64,000 bases of DNA from Raillietiella orientalis (Eukaryota): contig JAYWIR010000022.1 in assembly GCA_036172245.1 (NCBI GenBank), forward strand, positions 2,294,001 to 2,358,000, read 5' to 3'. Both the position numbers and the translations under genes were made by a program. Shown here piece after piece: positions 31,380 through 44,200 of this stretch; position 1 is the stretch's first letter, and every line of letters starts with the position of its first letter. The notes beneath the pieces are model-generated. The model ran no database searches. It was not told the origin of the DNA and saw only the letters and a list, made by a program, of their open reading frames with translations.

Positions 31380-31790
31380 AGGAAGTGACGACCTCGTGAG
31401 TGTCTGCAGGAAACCAATGAGTTGAGACATGAGCCAATGAGCCAGACATGCCTCGAACTCGAGCGATGACTGGACGCCCAGCTCGTCATAAACCCGGATT
31501 AGAATAAGACGAAGATGGCGATCCTCGTGAAGAATGACATCGCACACAACCGTCCTGGAGTCCTTTTCCCTGTGGCCTGACCACATAGTCGGTCTTCAGA
31601 TGTCTTGGTCCGGAAACCTTTATCTGTTCCTGATGAACGTGTACGGATCGCATCGATGCGTGGAAGCCGTCGGAAGACTCTTCTGCACAGCAAAGCCGCG
31701 CCAAAAGACATCATCATGGTCGTGGGAGACCCGAACACCGTGGGACACACGGACCAGCAGAGTTCACGTAGGGGAAGGGCGTATCGATAG
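31380..31790 (+). mobile_element. Decayed APE endonuclease domain of LINE ORF2
   Basis: Ordered motifs across frameshifts: LQET (~31403), MAILVKN, LFLMNVYG, IIMVVGDPNT (GDFN-like). Confidence 0.7.
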
Positions 31791-31829
31791 CTGTCCGAAG
31801 AATTCGGTCCGCTATGGCAAGCAGTTAGC

Positions 31830-32120
31830 CACAAGCCTACCGACCATCTCTTGCACGACGGGGACATGGACCCTCGAACGCTTTCCTCACTTCGTCCGTG
31901 GGAATGTCATCTTCGAGCCGTTTTTGCTGCTGGATGGATCGTTGTTTTTGCAGGAATCGCAAAAAATACTTCCTGCTTTTCTGTCGATAAATCTTGACGT
32001 CGGCAGTGGGAGGTGTAGCGATGTTGGATTGCCTCTGCAATCTCTCCCGACGTGTGTCGCATCCGATCTTCGTACTGGATGCAGATGTCTGTTGTCAGGC
32101 TCTTCTTCTCCAGCACACCT
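31830..32120 (-). mobile_element. LINE ORF2 linker remnant between endonuclease and RT
   Basis: QKSRKYFLR and IPTDEVRKA resemble the EKxTKYF and ITxEEVxxA motifs of L1-clade ORF2. Confidence 0.4.
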
Positions 32121-32379
32121 ACTTCTCCTTGAACCTATCGCAAAACGTGCCGTCTCTCCTAATGATCGCAGTACCTCGAGAGGGAGTAGTCTTAAGGGTT
32201 AACCCTTACTCCTGGTACGCTTCCGGCCTCAACTTCTTGTCACTGCATTGCACGTTGCAAAACAGGTGGATGGAATGCTTCATCCGGTCCCAGTCGTCGA
32301 TATTGTGTTGTCCGTCAGAATCGCCTCGATGGTGGCAGGGAAGCGTTGCGAACCATTCGGGCATGCAGATGAGCGCTGC

Positions 32380-33376
32380 CCTGGAGCATGTCCTCATCCG
32401 AGATGGTGTGCAACCCACACAAGATGCTGTGGGCTTCGTTTATCCCCCTTGCCCCGGGGCTGTCCTCCCTGAGGGAAGCAAGGGACAGCAAGGTGGGAGA
32501 TATCCTGCTGCATTTCAGGAAGAAAGAAACTTTTGGATGTGTGACAACTCGGGAACTGACAGACGGTGTGACTGCACAATGACTCAATGATTTCCTCATT
32601 GTCTTCTACACTGGGGCGAGCTGCTCTCTATCCTTCCGGAGGTGGCTAATGAAGTGGCTCCCAGCGTGCTGGAACAGTGGCACCCTCCCCCTGAAGTGGC
32701 AGGAGTCGGTGACCCTGCTGTTGCACTGGGGTCTCCTGTACAACGCCCACCTACACCATTGGACCCGGGGGAGGAGGTGAGCCCGAACTGTAGCAGGTGC
32801 AACGAGAGGGAGTCTCTCCCGCACCTGCTCGTGGATTGTGTAGCCCTTTACTCCCTGAGGGAGACGCTTTGCGGCTCCCTGCAGATCCCTAAGGGCATAC
32901 CAGAGACCTTCTGAAGCGTCTCTTCATGCGCGACGCCCTCACTCCGGCAGCAACACAGTGCTGCCTACGCGGCGGGATCGTGGCTGCATGGAGCAGCAAC
33001 GCCAGAGAAGACCAGAACGACAGGGACAAATCCATTTTGCCGTCCTCTTCATGGGGATGGAGTCAAGATGGCCCCATCTGGGAGTCTTAAAACAGGAACT
33101 TGTCAACATCCTTACAAAGATGAGGAGGACATCCTCTAGCACACGGTGATACTTTCCCGAATCCTACATTTTTTTTACCATGTTTTTTTGTTTTCTTTTT
33201 TTCTTTTTGTTTGTCTCCCCTTTCCCTGTGTTGCCGAGGTGAACCCAGCTGGCCTGCGTGCCAGTTCCTGGCAGGTTCCTTTTCGTAGTTATAAGTAACG
33301 TGGCAGGATCAAACGTCCTGCCACAGACGTCTATGTTTGTTTTATAAATAACACTCCCGGCGTGACCGGGGGTGAA
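32380..33376 (+). mobile_element. 5'-truncated L1/Tx1-type LINE copy with complete 3' module
   Basis: HKMLWASFIPLAP...WGELL...PNCSRCNERESLPHLLVDCVAL...RWPHLG, followed by the T tract, pseudoknot (33248-33275), hairpin (33300-33324) and terminal hairpin (33352-33374). Confidence 0.85.
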
Positions 33377-33419
33377 ACCACAAAAGGTGTATTTTAAGTA
33401 AACGCCCCGGCGAACCCAA

Positions 33420-33550
33420 TTTCTGTGGTTGGACCATTTGTTCAGCCACGTCCTTTCTGTAGATACCCTGCCGTATTACCGGTTCGCAGACCGATGAGGT
33501 CCACCATGGCAGCAGAGGGGAGAGGCCAAACAAAAAGAAAAATAAACAAA
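33420..33550 (-). mobile_element. Solo 3' UTR of the same LINE family, tail-to-tail with the previous copy
   Basis: Reverse complement CCTCTGCTGCCATGGTGGACCTCATCGGTCTGCGAACCGGTAATACGGCAGG...GTCCAACCACAG aligns with 1010-1107. Confidence 0.85.
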
Positions 33551-33729
33551 ATAACTCAGAGCTCTAGGGATCAGGATGCAGCGTGAACAAACTGGTGTTT
33601 TCTTTTGATCCGTAAGGAAAGTAAACACCGATTCTCTGGAAACAACATGTCATAACCAGTTGTGATTCCCATTTCTACTTCGTCGAATTCCGGGAGCTCT
33701 GTTATGACCCTGTCGTGAATTCATAAATC

Positions 33730-34430
33730 AAAAATAAAACAATTTTGGAGTGTTACGGGAAGGATCACAGCCTGCTGGGGATGGTCCCCTGCATCCTTTG
33801 GAAGATGCCGACAAGGTCTTGTTTCATGGAGATGTGCAGGTGGGGCCATCTGACCACTATCCGTAAAAAGCGAAGAGTGAAGTGGATGGCGTCCCTGTCG
33901 TTGGTTTCTCGGCTGGCGTCGCACCACGCCGTCACGATCCCATGAAGTCAGCAAAGTGCTTCAAGCGCACTGCGGCTGGCTGCAGGACTTCGCGCACAAA
34001 GAGGAGCCGCATCACGTCTGGCGTTGCCACTGGGGTTTCCAAAGGTCGCGGCAAAGTGTCTCCAAAGGGGTTGGAGGGCAGAACGGTCCACTAGGAGGAA
34101 GGGGCGTGGGAGGGATTCCCGCTCCCTGCACCTGGTACAGATGGGGTCCATGCCCCCCCCTCAACGTGTACAGTGATGTCGGCGGGAGTTGCACGGGAGG
34201 CCCCAGTGCAGCAGCATCAGTGTCGACTCCTCCATTTCAAGTGTTCATGAGCACCAAAGGGGGGGCACTTCATCCGGAATATCCAGTATCTCGCCTCAGC
34301 GCAAAAGTGCTCGAGGTGGGACACTCGGGGTCCCAGCGTTGGTGAGCTGGCCTATCGTCCACTCGCCCAGTCCTTTTCTCCTGGAAAAGATCACACTAAC
34401 CTCCCATCTAGCTGCAAAGCTACTGGAAGA
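33730..34430 (-). mobile_element. LINE ORF2 C-terminal fragment
   Basis: RWEVSVIFSRRKGLGEWTIGQLT...DPICTRCRERESLP...LQPLWRHFAATFG, colinear with the other copies. Confidence 0.8.
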
Positions 34431-34504
34431 AGTTGATATAGGTTTGCATTGAGGAATCCCATGCAAAGTGCATCTTCATTACCGGAACCGGAGGAGTGCG
34501 GATG

Positions 34505-35016
34505 CGGAGTGAGTGATCCCAGAGACATTTTTAAACGCCTCTTCGTGCGTGCCACACTGCCGCCAGCCGAGTCCCTTGAAGCTATTTGCTGCATTCGCGG
34601 CATCATGAAGGTCAGGAAAGCAGCACGAAGAGATCGGGATGGAAGGGACACCATCCAATGGTCGGGAATCTTCCTGAGGACTGCCTTGATGAGATGGCCC
34701 CATCTGGGCAACATCCAGAACACACTTACCAGCATCCTGGACAGGATGAAGAGGACTCATCGCAGAGAAACAGCGATCCTTTCTTCAATCCCAGTTCCTA
34801 CCCAAGAAAAACTTTCCTGTCTCTTTTTTTGCTTGTGCATTTCTGTTTTTTTCCCCTCCCTTCTCCTTTGCTATCGAAGTGGACCTCGCCAGTCTGCGTG
34901 CCGGTATCTGGCAGGTGGAATGTGCTTTTGTAATGCGTGATAGAACCAAGAGTTCTACCACAAAATGAAAGTTTATTATTTTATATAACAAATGTCCCGC
35001 CAGATCCCGGACATTT
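34505..35016 (+). mobile_element. 5'-truncated LINE copy with 3' module
   Basis: RDIFKRLFVRATL...ICCIRGI...IQWSGIFLRTALMRWPHLGNIQ, followed by 3' UTR structures at 34888-34961 and 34990-35016. Confidence 0.85.
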
Positions 35017-35089
35017 ATTGTATGTCTTACCCGTGCTGACGCTTAGAATCCAGAAAGCACGGAAGCGACCAAAATCCTTTTACGGATGC

Positions 35090-35950
35090 AGGATGCGACT
35101 GCCTTCCAAAGGAGCCTACCTGTTGAAGGTCATTCAATGGAGGCCAATCTCCATCCTGAACACGGACGCCACGTGGCTAGCAAAGATCCGGACCAACCGC
35201 TTGAGTACAAGGTTGCAGTCGACGATCTCTCCAGCTCAGACGTGCGCTGTGCCTGGATGCCGCATCTCTGGCAATGTGAGGTGCGCCCAAGCAACCACAG
35301 GCTGCAACGAGTACTCTAGACGAGGACCTGGTGCTAGGCATCGCAGATATGGACCACGCTACTACGATATTGCGGAATTATTTAGCAAGTACATCACAAT
35401 GACATTAGAAGGAACACTACAAGATCTCGACCAATGGTCGAGACGCAGACTCAATTCGTATGGAAAGGAGAATCCTCCAAGGAGAAACCCTCGGTGCGAT
35501 GCTGCTCACCTACGTGGAGGCTGTGTCGTCCCTGAGTGACAAAGGTGGCTTCAAGGAATTATCATCCACGACAACTGACTCACTCACCTGGCTTATGAGG
35601 ACGACCTGCTTTTCTTCCTGAGGGACAAAAGGGATCAGCTTGCGTTCCTGCGTATAGTCGAGTCTATGGAGAAAGGACTGGGCTTGAAGTCGCAACTCTT
35701 TCCCATAGGGATTCTGGAACCTCAACGTTAACGGAGAAGGGATTCCGAGTGGTGTACGAAATTAAGCATCTGGGAATCCACATCGCGACTCTTCGGCATC
35801 GCAGATTCTATGGAGGGAAATCCTGGGTAAAGCAAGAGAGGAAGCCACAAAGTAAGTCGGAATTGGCTTCATGTGAATCAGAGGGACCAACTTGTGGAAA
35901 GGCGTGATCCTTCCCAAGATGCTCCTCGGTGCGGCCTTCTGCCGAATGGA
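35090..35950 (+). mobile_element. Decayed L1/Tx1-type reverse transcriptase domain
   Basis: QWRPISILNTDATWLAKIRTNRL...ISPAQTCAVPG (RT motifs 1-2), HLAYEDDLLFFL (YADD motif, ~35586-35620) and EIKHLGIHI (motif 7, ~35758-35785), broken by stops and deletions. Confidence 0.85.
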
Positions 35951-36486
35951 CAAGAAAACGAAAATGGAAGTGGAACAGCTGCAAAGGAAGATCCTCTAGA
36001 GAGAACACAAACCACGGGTTAGATCGGGTTCATGCCTCCTGCGAGAGGGAGGGGGACCGGGATGAAATCTCTGGAGCAATGCGTGAACAATGTGGGTGCG
36101 CACCAACTCCTGGATCTCACCAACGACTGGGACCAATGACCTCACGCGACGGCGCACAGAGTCTGCTCGAAGCTGGTCGACAACTCGAAAGGTCTGATGT
36201 CAGCTCTAATAGGTAAACATGGAAGGTAGGGGGACATCGACCCCACATGGAAAGGAGTGGACAGGCACTGGTGGTGGCTCACCAACTGAAGATAGAGCCT
36301 AGGAGCAAGGAACTGTGGTAGGAAGAACTGGCAGTGATGGTTACGTGTTTCATAAGGGTACCTTGGGAGGACTGAAAATGGATGATTTCCAGAGAAGAAT
36401 CGACCAACCGTGACTGAGAACCGTCCACCACGAGTGGCCGTAATATACGGCTGTATCGCAACATCACAAAATGATGGACCCTCAAA

Positions 36487-37150
36487 ATGAATCCAGGAAG
36501 GGCTCGGAGTCCGTTCCTCTCACGCCCGGGGAGGATCCCCCTCGGGAAGGGGGGGGGGATCGCACCTTCACCTTGGTTGTCTCTGACGGCGAACCCTAAA
36601 GGGAATCTCCTTCCTCATTCTCCCCGGAGGAACCCTCTCAGGGGTCCGCTCCCTTTTTCTTCTCTGAAGGGAACTGGAAAGGATCCGCTAGTAGCAATTT
36701 CTTCTCCGGAGGGGACCCGCCATGGAACCGCTTCTTGTTCACTCCTTTGAAAAGAATTTCGAAGGGACGCTTGCGAAATTCAGAAAGGGCGCTGCTTCCC
36801 CAGAGGGATCGATCGCTCTCGCTTCCTTGCATTCTCTGGAAAGGTGCCGGATGCATCAGCACTACTCGGAGGGTTTCCCCCGTAATGGGGGTCCGCTCCT
36901 TTAACAACATCTGGAGAGGTGCCTTACGCACCTACTCCCTCTGAACAAACCGAAGGGGTCCCCCGGTGAGGGGGGTCCGCTCTCCGTTGCACAACCGGAG
37001 TGGGAACTCCCCATTCCTTGATTCCTGGAAGGACCCGAAGATGGACTCACCTTCTTCCGACCTTCATCGGGGGGTCTCCGGTTTTAATCGCTACCGGTGC
37101 CACGCCCGAATGTCTTCGTTGCCGCATCGTTGCACTCAGGTCATTCCGCA
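36487..37150 (-). mobile_element. Copy of the putative LINE 5' module
   Basis: Reverse complement aligns with 28860-29426 (CATTCGGGCGTGGCACCGG..., CTTCGGGTCCT.CCAGGAATCAAGGA, tandem repeats). Confidence 0.8.
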
Positions 37151-38759
37151 GGGAAAGGTCCCAGACTGCGCGAAACCGGGGACAGTCCAAACCAGCGGTG
37201 GGCAACCCTGCTGTCGGTCCGCTGCCGCAGAAAGGCCGGAGCCACGGCTGGGGTCGGGAGTGACTGCCCCGTGGTGGTGAAGGCAACGAAGCGCGCTGCC
37301 AGGGTGCTTCGTCGCCGAAGGGAGAAAGGGGAGGTTCCGAAGACGCGATGACCACCCTTTCGTCTTTCCGGAGCTCGTCGGGGTGCTGTCCGCGAGAGTC
37401 GTTGGAACGTCTCTGCGTCCGCCGCGACCGCATTCTTTTTCGAACGGCACGCGCGCGTTCGCTGCGGACGGTGGCGCCTCTTCTGTGCCGAGAAGCACCA
37501 CCACATGGCGAGGAGCTGTACGCACGCACCCAACAAAATCGCGCACGACCGTGCGTGCGTTCCTCTAGAAGCAGGCCTTTGCACACGTCGGTGCGCACGT
37601 ACGCAGACACGTTTGCGTGGATGACGACGTCACGCTGGCCGCTCGTCTCTTTGGTTTCCATTTCCACGGATGGCGTCGTCCGAAGCAGCCAATCCCTTCG
37701 GAGCGTGTACGCAGATACGTTTGTACACAGTGGCTGTCGTGTCGTCGGTCGAAGCACCCGCAAGTGGCAGGCAGAGAGCACCACGTTCTCGCGACGCTTC
37801 CCGAATTTTTGTTGGGTCCCTCCAAATTGCGTCTGGGAAGCCATCGGGTGGAGAAGAACGCTTGCTGCCGTTTGGGAGAACCTTCTAGAGGAGCAGCTGC
37901 ACAAGGATAACGCCGCGTTTGAAGGCTTGCGTTTCCATTGGTTAGCAAGAGTGACGTAAGGCACTGCGTTCGACAGGCTGACACTTCGTTAAGCATCCGG
38001 ATTGATGGCTACTTGCAAGGTGTGTGAACTTGTGTCTCACTGTCGAAAAAAAGTTGTCCACTGCCGCTCAGAGAGACCTGCCTGGTCTCGTGCTGAAAGA
38101 GGGGAGGACTGCAGCCAAGTGAACGTCCAGGCGATGTATCCAGCTTTCGCCGCTTACGTTAGAAAAGGTGGCAACGTAAATGCAGGTCGGAGAACTCGCA
38201 GAGCGTCTTGTGCTGCCGGGAGCTGTCGCACCGGTTGCAGATCAGCTGGACCTAACAGAGCGGTGCTCGGCGTCGAGGCGTGACCTACAGTCTCCGGACC
38301 GTCCGAAGCGTCTCTTGTGCTTGTGGCCTCTGGCCGCGTGGCAGTCTCGGGAGAGAAGCCCCGAACCCCTCTGCGGTGCTCTTGTGCTCCGGGGCGCAAG
38401 AGCATCGCAGACACTGCAGCTAGGAATGTGCAGCCTCCTCTCTCCGTATCGAGAGAGCGGGAGGTTGAAGAGAGGGCGAGCGAACTTCGGCAGAAAACGA
38501 GTCGCAGCTCCCGGTTTCTGTTCTGGAGAGCAGAAGAGCATTCGGGGGTCGGTATGTGAGTCAATGGGTGAGTTTTTCGAGGCATGCCGGATTTTCCGAG
38601 AAGACGACCAGCTGAAAGCGCTGGCGTCCGCTTTCAGCTGGTCCTTTTCTCCAAGATGCCCGTGGCCTTGACCGGTTACCATTTGTATTCCAAACCCGGA
38701 TTTCTAGCTGGCCATACTCGGGACGCGCCGCACGGCTCCACACCCCTATGGAAACCGGT

Positions 38760-39697
38760 GCCGAATGGGATCCTATCACCATAGATAGTCCGCAAGATGG
38801 GTAGCATCCTGTGAGATTACGAGAGAAAAGCAGCCGGGATGCTGGACGGCGCGTCAACTAGCTGACGCCTGTACCTCTGCTGCCCTCTCCAAAGGAATTC
38901 ATCACTGGGCCGAACTCCTGGACATCCCTCCTGAAGAGGCAGAAATTCTCCGGTGTTTGTGGACAGCTCCATGCTCCCCCTGAAGTGGCAGGACTCGGCA
39001 CTGCAGTTGCTGCACTGGGCGATCCCATGCAACGCGCGAGTCTACCAGTGGGCGAGGGGGAATGCGGCCCCAGACCGTGTCAGGTGTGGGGAACTGAAAA
39101 CCTTCCCGCATCTGTTGCTGGATTGTGCTGCCCTCCCGAGCGTCCAGGAACGCTTCGCTGCGGCTCTCCCACTCCCGGTAGGCAACGGCGGAGAGGTCTT
39201 GCGGCGCCTCTTAGCGCGAGACCCGGCGTCGTCCGCAGATTGCCTTGCAGCTCTGCACTGCAGGCAATCGTGGAATTGTGGCAGCGAGAAGCCACACCAA
39301 AAGTGGCCAGTCGAATAATGAGGTCATCGCAGCTGTCTGCTCCTCCGTGAGAAATGTGACAAGATGGACGCATTTCTGCCAACAAAAGGAGGAAATTGCC
39401 AACATCCTCCTGAGGATGCTGAGGACACCAGGAAGAAATCTGCGATCCCTTCTCTCTCTCCCTCTCCCACTTCCCCAACATTTTTTAAAACTGAACTTTT
39501 GTGTTTTTTTTCCTCCCTTTTTGTTTACCCCTTCCCCCACTTCCTCTCATCAGGGAGCTGTTCACGATAAGCAGCAGCGCCTCCGAGGCAGCATCTCCCT
39601 TCGCAGTGGTGATGTGAAACCAATACGAAGACGGACATTTTTATATTTTATATGACCATTTTTTCTTACAATGAACGACCCAGCGTGACCGGGTGAA
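38760..39697 (+). mobile_element. 5'-truncated LINE copy
   Basis: WTARQLAD...LPLKWQDSALQLLHWAIPCN...RCGELKTFPHLLLDC...RWTHF. The terminal motif ACCCAGCGTGACCGGGTG is at 39678-39695. Confidence 0.85.
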
Positions 39698-40464
39698 ATA
39701 ATGGGGTGCCATCCTTGTGGTGAACCAGTAGGAAATGCCCTTTTCTTCATCTCGGGTGGAACCAGAAGGCGCGATCGTTTTCGCCGCAATGAGGTCACTC
39801 AGGACCTCTTTTCTGATGGCCAGGGGGATCCTTGCACAAAACAGGTAGGGTGCTCTTGGGCTGCGGCTTCCGCGGCTCCCTTGAACCCACCAGGAATCCG
39901 GAGCAGGTCCTCCTGGGTGTGGATCTGCGGACGCGAAAGGAATCCGGTTTTCAAGGGGTGATCCAGCCGTTCGGCTTCCTGATCACCAGTGAGGCATGGG
40001 GCGCGCTCAAAGGACCGCATGCGGCCGACGTCCATCTTCGGGAGAAGGCTTCGTGAACAAGTCGAGGGTTTCGGGTCCCGCTTTACCAGATTGGATCCTT
40101 TCAGCGGTCTCTTGGCCTTCTGGTCTGGGGTGTTGATCACGTCGCTTCGTTGCAAGTGACCTTCAAGAGTGACCTCGGTCTTCTGGTCTTTAAGTGACCT
40201 TGAAGAGAGTTTTCCTTACGAATGACGAAGGAGGTGTTCAGCATCCTCTCGGTCTGCCTGGCTCTTCCGTAACGGACTGCAGCCCACGAGAGGCTGCTTG
40301 TTTAAGGTAGTTGACCCACCTAGTACTTGCAGTGGACACCTCAAGAGTTAGGGATGCTGCAACACACCCACCCACGTCTCTTTCTCTGCTGGTGTGCCAC
40401 TTGCCGGATCTTCAAACTTTTCCGGTGTCCCACTGTTCCCTGGATCCCAGGGTCCTACGCCAAG

Positions 40465-40950
40465 TGCCCTCCGGCCCCTATGGGAGCGTTTCGGAACGAC
40501 CCTCCGGATCCCAGCTGGCACCTCTAGGGACATTTCAGGGCTCCTCTTTGTGTGGGATGCTCTGCAGCCAGCCTCAGCGTCAGCAGCGCTCTGTTGCATC
40601 CGCGGGATTGCTGCGGCCTGGAGCGAAGCCGACGGAAGAGGAAGAAACGGGAGGGACGCCGGTCCAGCTCGCAGTTCGTTTCCTGCGGATAGTGGTCAGA
40701 TGGTCCCACCTGGGACCTATCCGGCATCCTGAAAAGGACGCAGAATCCCTCCGGATGACTGTGATCCCCTCCTAACCTTCCAGAGTGTTCCTATTTATTT
40801 TTATTTATTTTTTATTTTTGTTTTCTCCCATTCCCCTCCGAGGTAAGCCCGCCGGCAGGTCCATTGTAGAATTGGCTGTGATGGAGCCTCGCACCCCACC
40901 CCCACGATAGTTTGTTCGAATCGATAAACGCCCTGGCGTCACCGGGTGGC
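40465..40950 (+). mobile_element. 5'-truncated LINE copy
   Basis: SALRPLWERFGTTLRIP...ALCCIRGIAAAWSEA...RWSHLG, a T tract, a partly deleted 3' UTR, and the terminal motif AACGCCCTGGCGTCACCGGGTG at 40927-40948. Confidence 0.8.
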
Positions 40951-41399
40951 AATGCGAAGTGCCGTCGCCTAGGCTGGGACCCCCTTGAGCGGGAAGCGGA
41001 GCGCAACAGGCTCTTCTTTCATTGCCCTTTTCCCCGTAGGGCCGTAAGGGTGGCGACGTCCAGCACGACAACCCTCTCCACGCTTTGCATCCCGAAATAT
41101 GGGCGAAACAGGGAGTTGACCCCGGATATCGGCCGATGACGGACCACTGGCCTTCGCTGCCGATTGGAGCTTTCTCGATCACGTGCTGACATCTCTCCTC
41201 GCCTGGTCGAACCTTCCCGCTTCGGGCTGGGCCATCGTGGCCGCGCGCGAGCGACCTTTCCCGTGCGGCGCATCTGCGCGCCGAGTTCCCTGCCGCTCCT
41301 GGCCAGAGAGACCGGGCCCGGAGTCCCTGGAGCGCGCCTGCTCTCGCATCAAATCCTCCCCTCCCCTCCCCTCTCCCTCCCCAGTGAGGTGCCCGAAGG

Positions 41400-42222
41400 G
41401 ACCCTTTGCTCCGCTTGCTGGCTCAGGGCGATGCGTGGGTGTCCCGGAGAGCTTTTTGGCCTGCGGCAGATGCACGCCGCTGCAGTGCCTTCTTTCCTTG
41501 CTTGCTGAAGGAGCACCGTTCGTCTCGGGGCTCACGAAGCTCTTTCTTGTGGCCCTCGACACCCACGAGGGCGCGTTTCAACTCTTCAAGATGGGGAGTG
41601 CCCGGGGAGGGGACCATCCTATGGATCCAAGAAGGGCTCCGGACCGTTCCTCTCTCACGCCTGGGAAGAAACCCTGAAGGAAACCACCTCTTCCTTGTTC
41701 TCTCCGGAGGAACCCCCCGCAAGGGATCCGCTCCTAGTTTCCTCGCCCTCTGAAGAGAGCCCCGAAGGGACGCTTCTGGATTTCACTGAAGAGTCGCTCT
41801 CGGAAGGGAGCAGCGTGCTTCTCGACACTCTGGAGAGGTAGCATCAATCCAGCAGCTCCATGGCACGAGATGGAGGGTCCCCCTCCGAGGGGAGGGGGAG
41901 GGCCAGGAACGGCTCCATTTTCACAATCAGTGGCAAAGTTGACCCTCCTGGGATACTTCCAGAAATCGAAGGATCCCAGGAGGATCAACTTCCAATCCCG
42001 GAGGCCATTCAACGGGGGCATCCGGCTTCCTCTGGTGCCGCGCCCGAGACCACACGAGGCCGACCAGAGTCATCTCGAGCTGAGGGACTCGGACACCCGT
42101 CGACTCACCCATATCTCGGGGGGGAGGGTGGGGGAGTTATCCTTCCCCGGGCGGGGTTCGAACCCATGGCTCCAGGCGCCGCGCGCGCGGAGGCCACCAC
42201 AGCTACGCGGCTATCAACGCGG
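41400..42222 (-). mobile_element. Putative LINE 5' region: tRNA-like head, body, hairpin repeats, ORF1-like start
   Basis: Aligns with 28755-29500 and 15300-15725. Downstream of the repeats it reads MVPSPGTPHLEELKRALVGVEGHKKELRE (coiled-coil-like). Confidence 0.7.
42144..42220 (-). ncRNA. Degenerate tRNA-like head (second copy)
   Basis: Minus strand GCGTTGA-TAGCCGCGTAG...GGCCTCCGCGCGCGCGGCGCC...ATGGGTTCGAACCCCGC: A-box-like start and canonical B box GGTTCGAACCC. Homologous to 28759-28820. Confidence 0.6.
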
Positions 42223-44039
42223 GCTTTGCTTGCATTCTTTGCTCAGAAGGGCTCTGGACCCGGGCCCGATGGAAGGGTCTGGAGCCGGGGGAATGTTGAA
42301 TAAAAATAAGTTGTGAAATGCAGAGCCGAGCGGGACCACAGCCTCCACGAGGAAACTCCCCAAGAGGGAAGGGTCGCGGCCGGAAGCTGCGCAAAACTGT
42401 CTGTTGGGCCCACTCCCACCTGGTCGGTTTCAAGAGCTCGCCGGCTGCTCCTCCTCGGCCTTACTCCTCGAGCCCTCCGGAAACCCTCGTCGGTCCTTCC
42501 CTTGAGGAAGGGGGGCTAGGTCCTCCTCTTCCTCGTACCGGCCTTAGTGCTGAGGTTGAAGGGAAAACCTCTTTCCTCGCTCGGAAGCGTTCCAGCCGCC
42601 CTTCCCGCCTGACGGGAGGCGGGGTCTCCCCCACCCGCGTCCACTTCTTCTCTCCCGTGGCCTGCGTTCTCGGCCCATTAGGAGCGGTCCCTCCCAGGGA
42701 CAGCTCTGCTCCCCTCACCTGACCAGGCACTCCCTCAGTCCTGGAGACGCTGCTAGACTAGAAGCGCCGCCAGGGGGAAGCTGGCGACCCGCTCGACAAA
42801 CTCCGCCGGATGTTGAACCGGTCTCCGCCTCACAGAGACGATCACCCACGCCCTATTCCACCCAGTGGCACTGGCTCTCCTCCTCTCGTCTCTTCGCGGG
42901 GATCGCGCGCACCTCGGCGTTCCCAGGTTCCCGCCCAGGAGGACGGCCCTCGGCGCTTGCCGAAGCGGCGACTCCTGGAAATCCCCCTACCCGTCCGTCC
43001 AAATGCCGGACCTCCAGATCCCGACCTTCCTCGTCCTAGCCAAACTCCAGTCCGTCTCCCTGCCCGCCTCCGTCTACTTTACTCCCCTCGGCCTTCCTGG
43101 AGAGCCCTCGTCTCCTCCTAGCAACCGCCAGTCGCCCACCAGCAGCTCCCTCTGCCTCGGAAATTCCGCCGTCTCGGGCCACCATGGGCACCTCCCCGCC
43201 TCGGAACACTCAGGTCCCCGCCTCACCCTGGAGGAACCAAGCAGGGAACCCACCACCACCACTTCGGTCTCCTCCTCGGCTCCGGGAGCTGCTAATGGGA
43301 AAGACGGGATGGTGGATGGACCTCTTTCTGTTCGTCCGTCCCTCCTCAAGTGACTCGCGCCGCACCCTCCTGGTTGCGGACCTCCTCTCCAAGGGCGTTC
43401 CATCCGGGAGTCTCGGCAGCTCCCCCCCGTCCGCCTCCCTGGAGCCTGCACATCCACGAACCACGGACGCCGTGGGTGCCGCCTCGTCTTCAAGGTCTGG
43501 ACTCAGCGGAGGCACCACGAGGGACCTCACCACGGTCCCCAACACTGGCCAAGTGGTTTCCTCGACAAGAATCCTCAAGGTCAAGCAGTGCTCCTTGAAG
43601 ACCGCCACTCCCCTATCGCATTTGGCTTCACATGGCTGACCCTTCTTTGCGCCTACACCGGATCCATGCAGCACCCACACGGGAGAGTCATCGTTCGTGG
43701 CGTGTACACCACGGTGTACGCTTCACGAGACAGATGAATACGATGGACGCACAAAGCGCCAATCCAGCCACATGTCTCACGTCTTCCGTGCATGCCACAC
43801 ATGCAAGACGGGTTCAGTCGAGCCTCTTTGAGATGGAGCATCCCCCAGCCGTGGCTTCATCTCGAAGCTGGCCCAAAATTTGTCGTTGGCTTCCGTGACC
43901 CACGAGTCAGCTCGGCAGAGCCTACTCCTGCTACTTTAAGGGGAGGGCGCGGGTGTTCGTGAGCACCAGGGGCCACTGCAGGTCTTCCAGAATACCCAGT
44001 AGCACGTCCCAGCGCAAAAGTCCACGAGGTTGAACACAG

Positions 44040-44200
44040 GGTTGCAGCGTCCGTGAACTGGCCCGTCTTCTGCTCACTCAGTTCTTTATCCCTTCCGGAG
44101 ATGGTCACAGTAACCTCCCATTTCGCCGCGATGCTGCTGCCCAGATGTTCCCTCAGGGAGGGCAGCGCTGCGGCAAGGGAGGTTCGTGTGGCCCGATGGA
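44040..44200 (-). mobile_element. LINE ORF2 post-RT fragment, close relative of 325-460
   Basis: Near-identical in reverse complement to 325-460 (AALPSLREHLGSSIAAKWEVTVTISGR). Confidence 0.8.

Noticed and set aside
40153..40203. Three AGTGACCT (AGGTCA half-site) motifs
   Set aside because: Short, embedded in TE debris, and not near a supported gene start.
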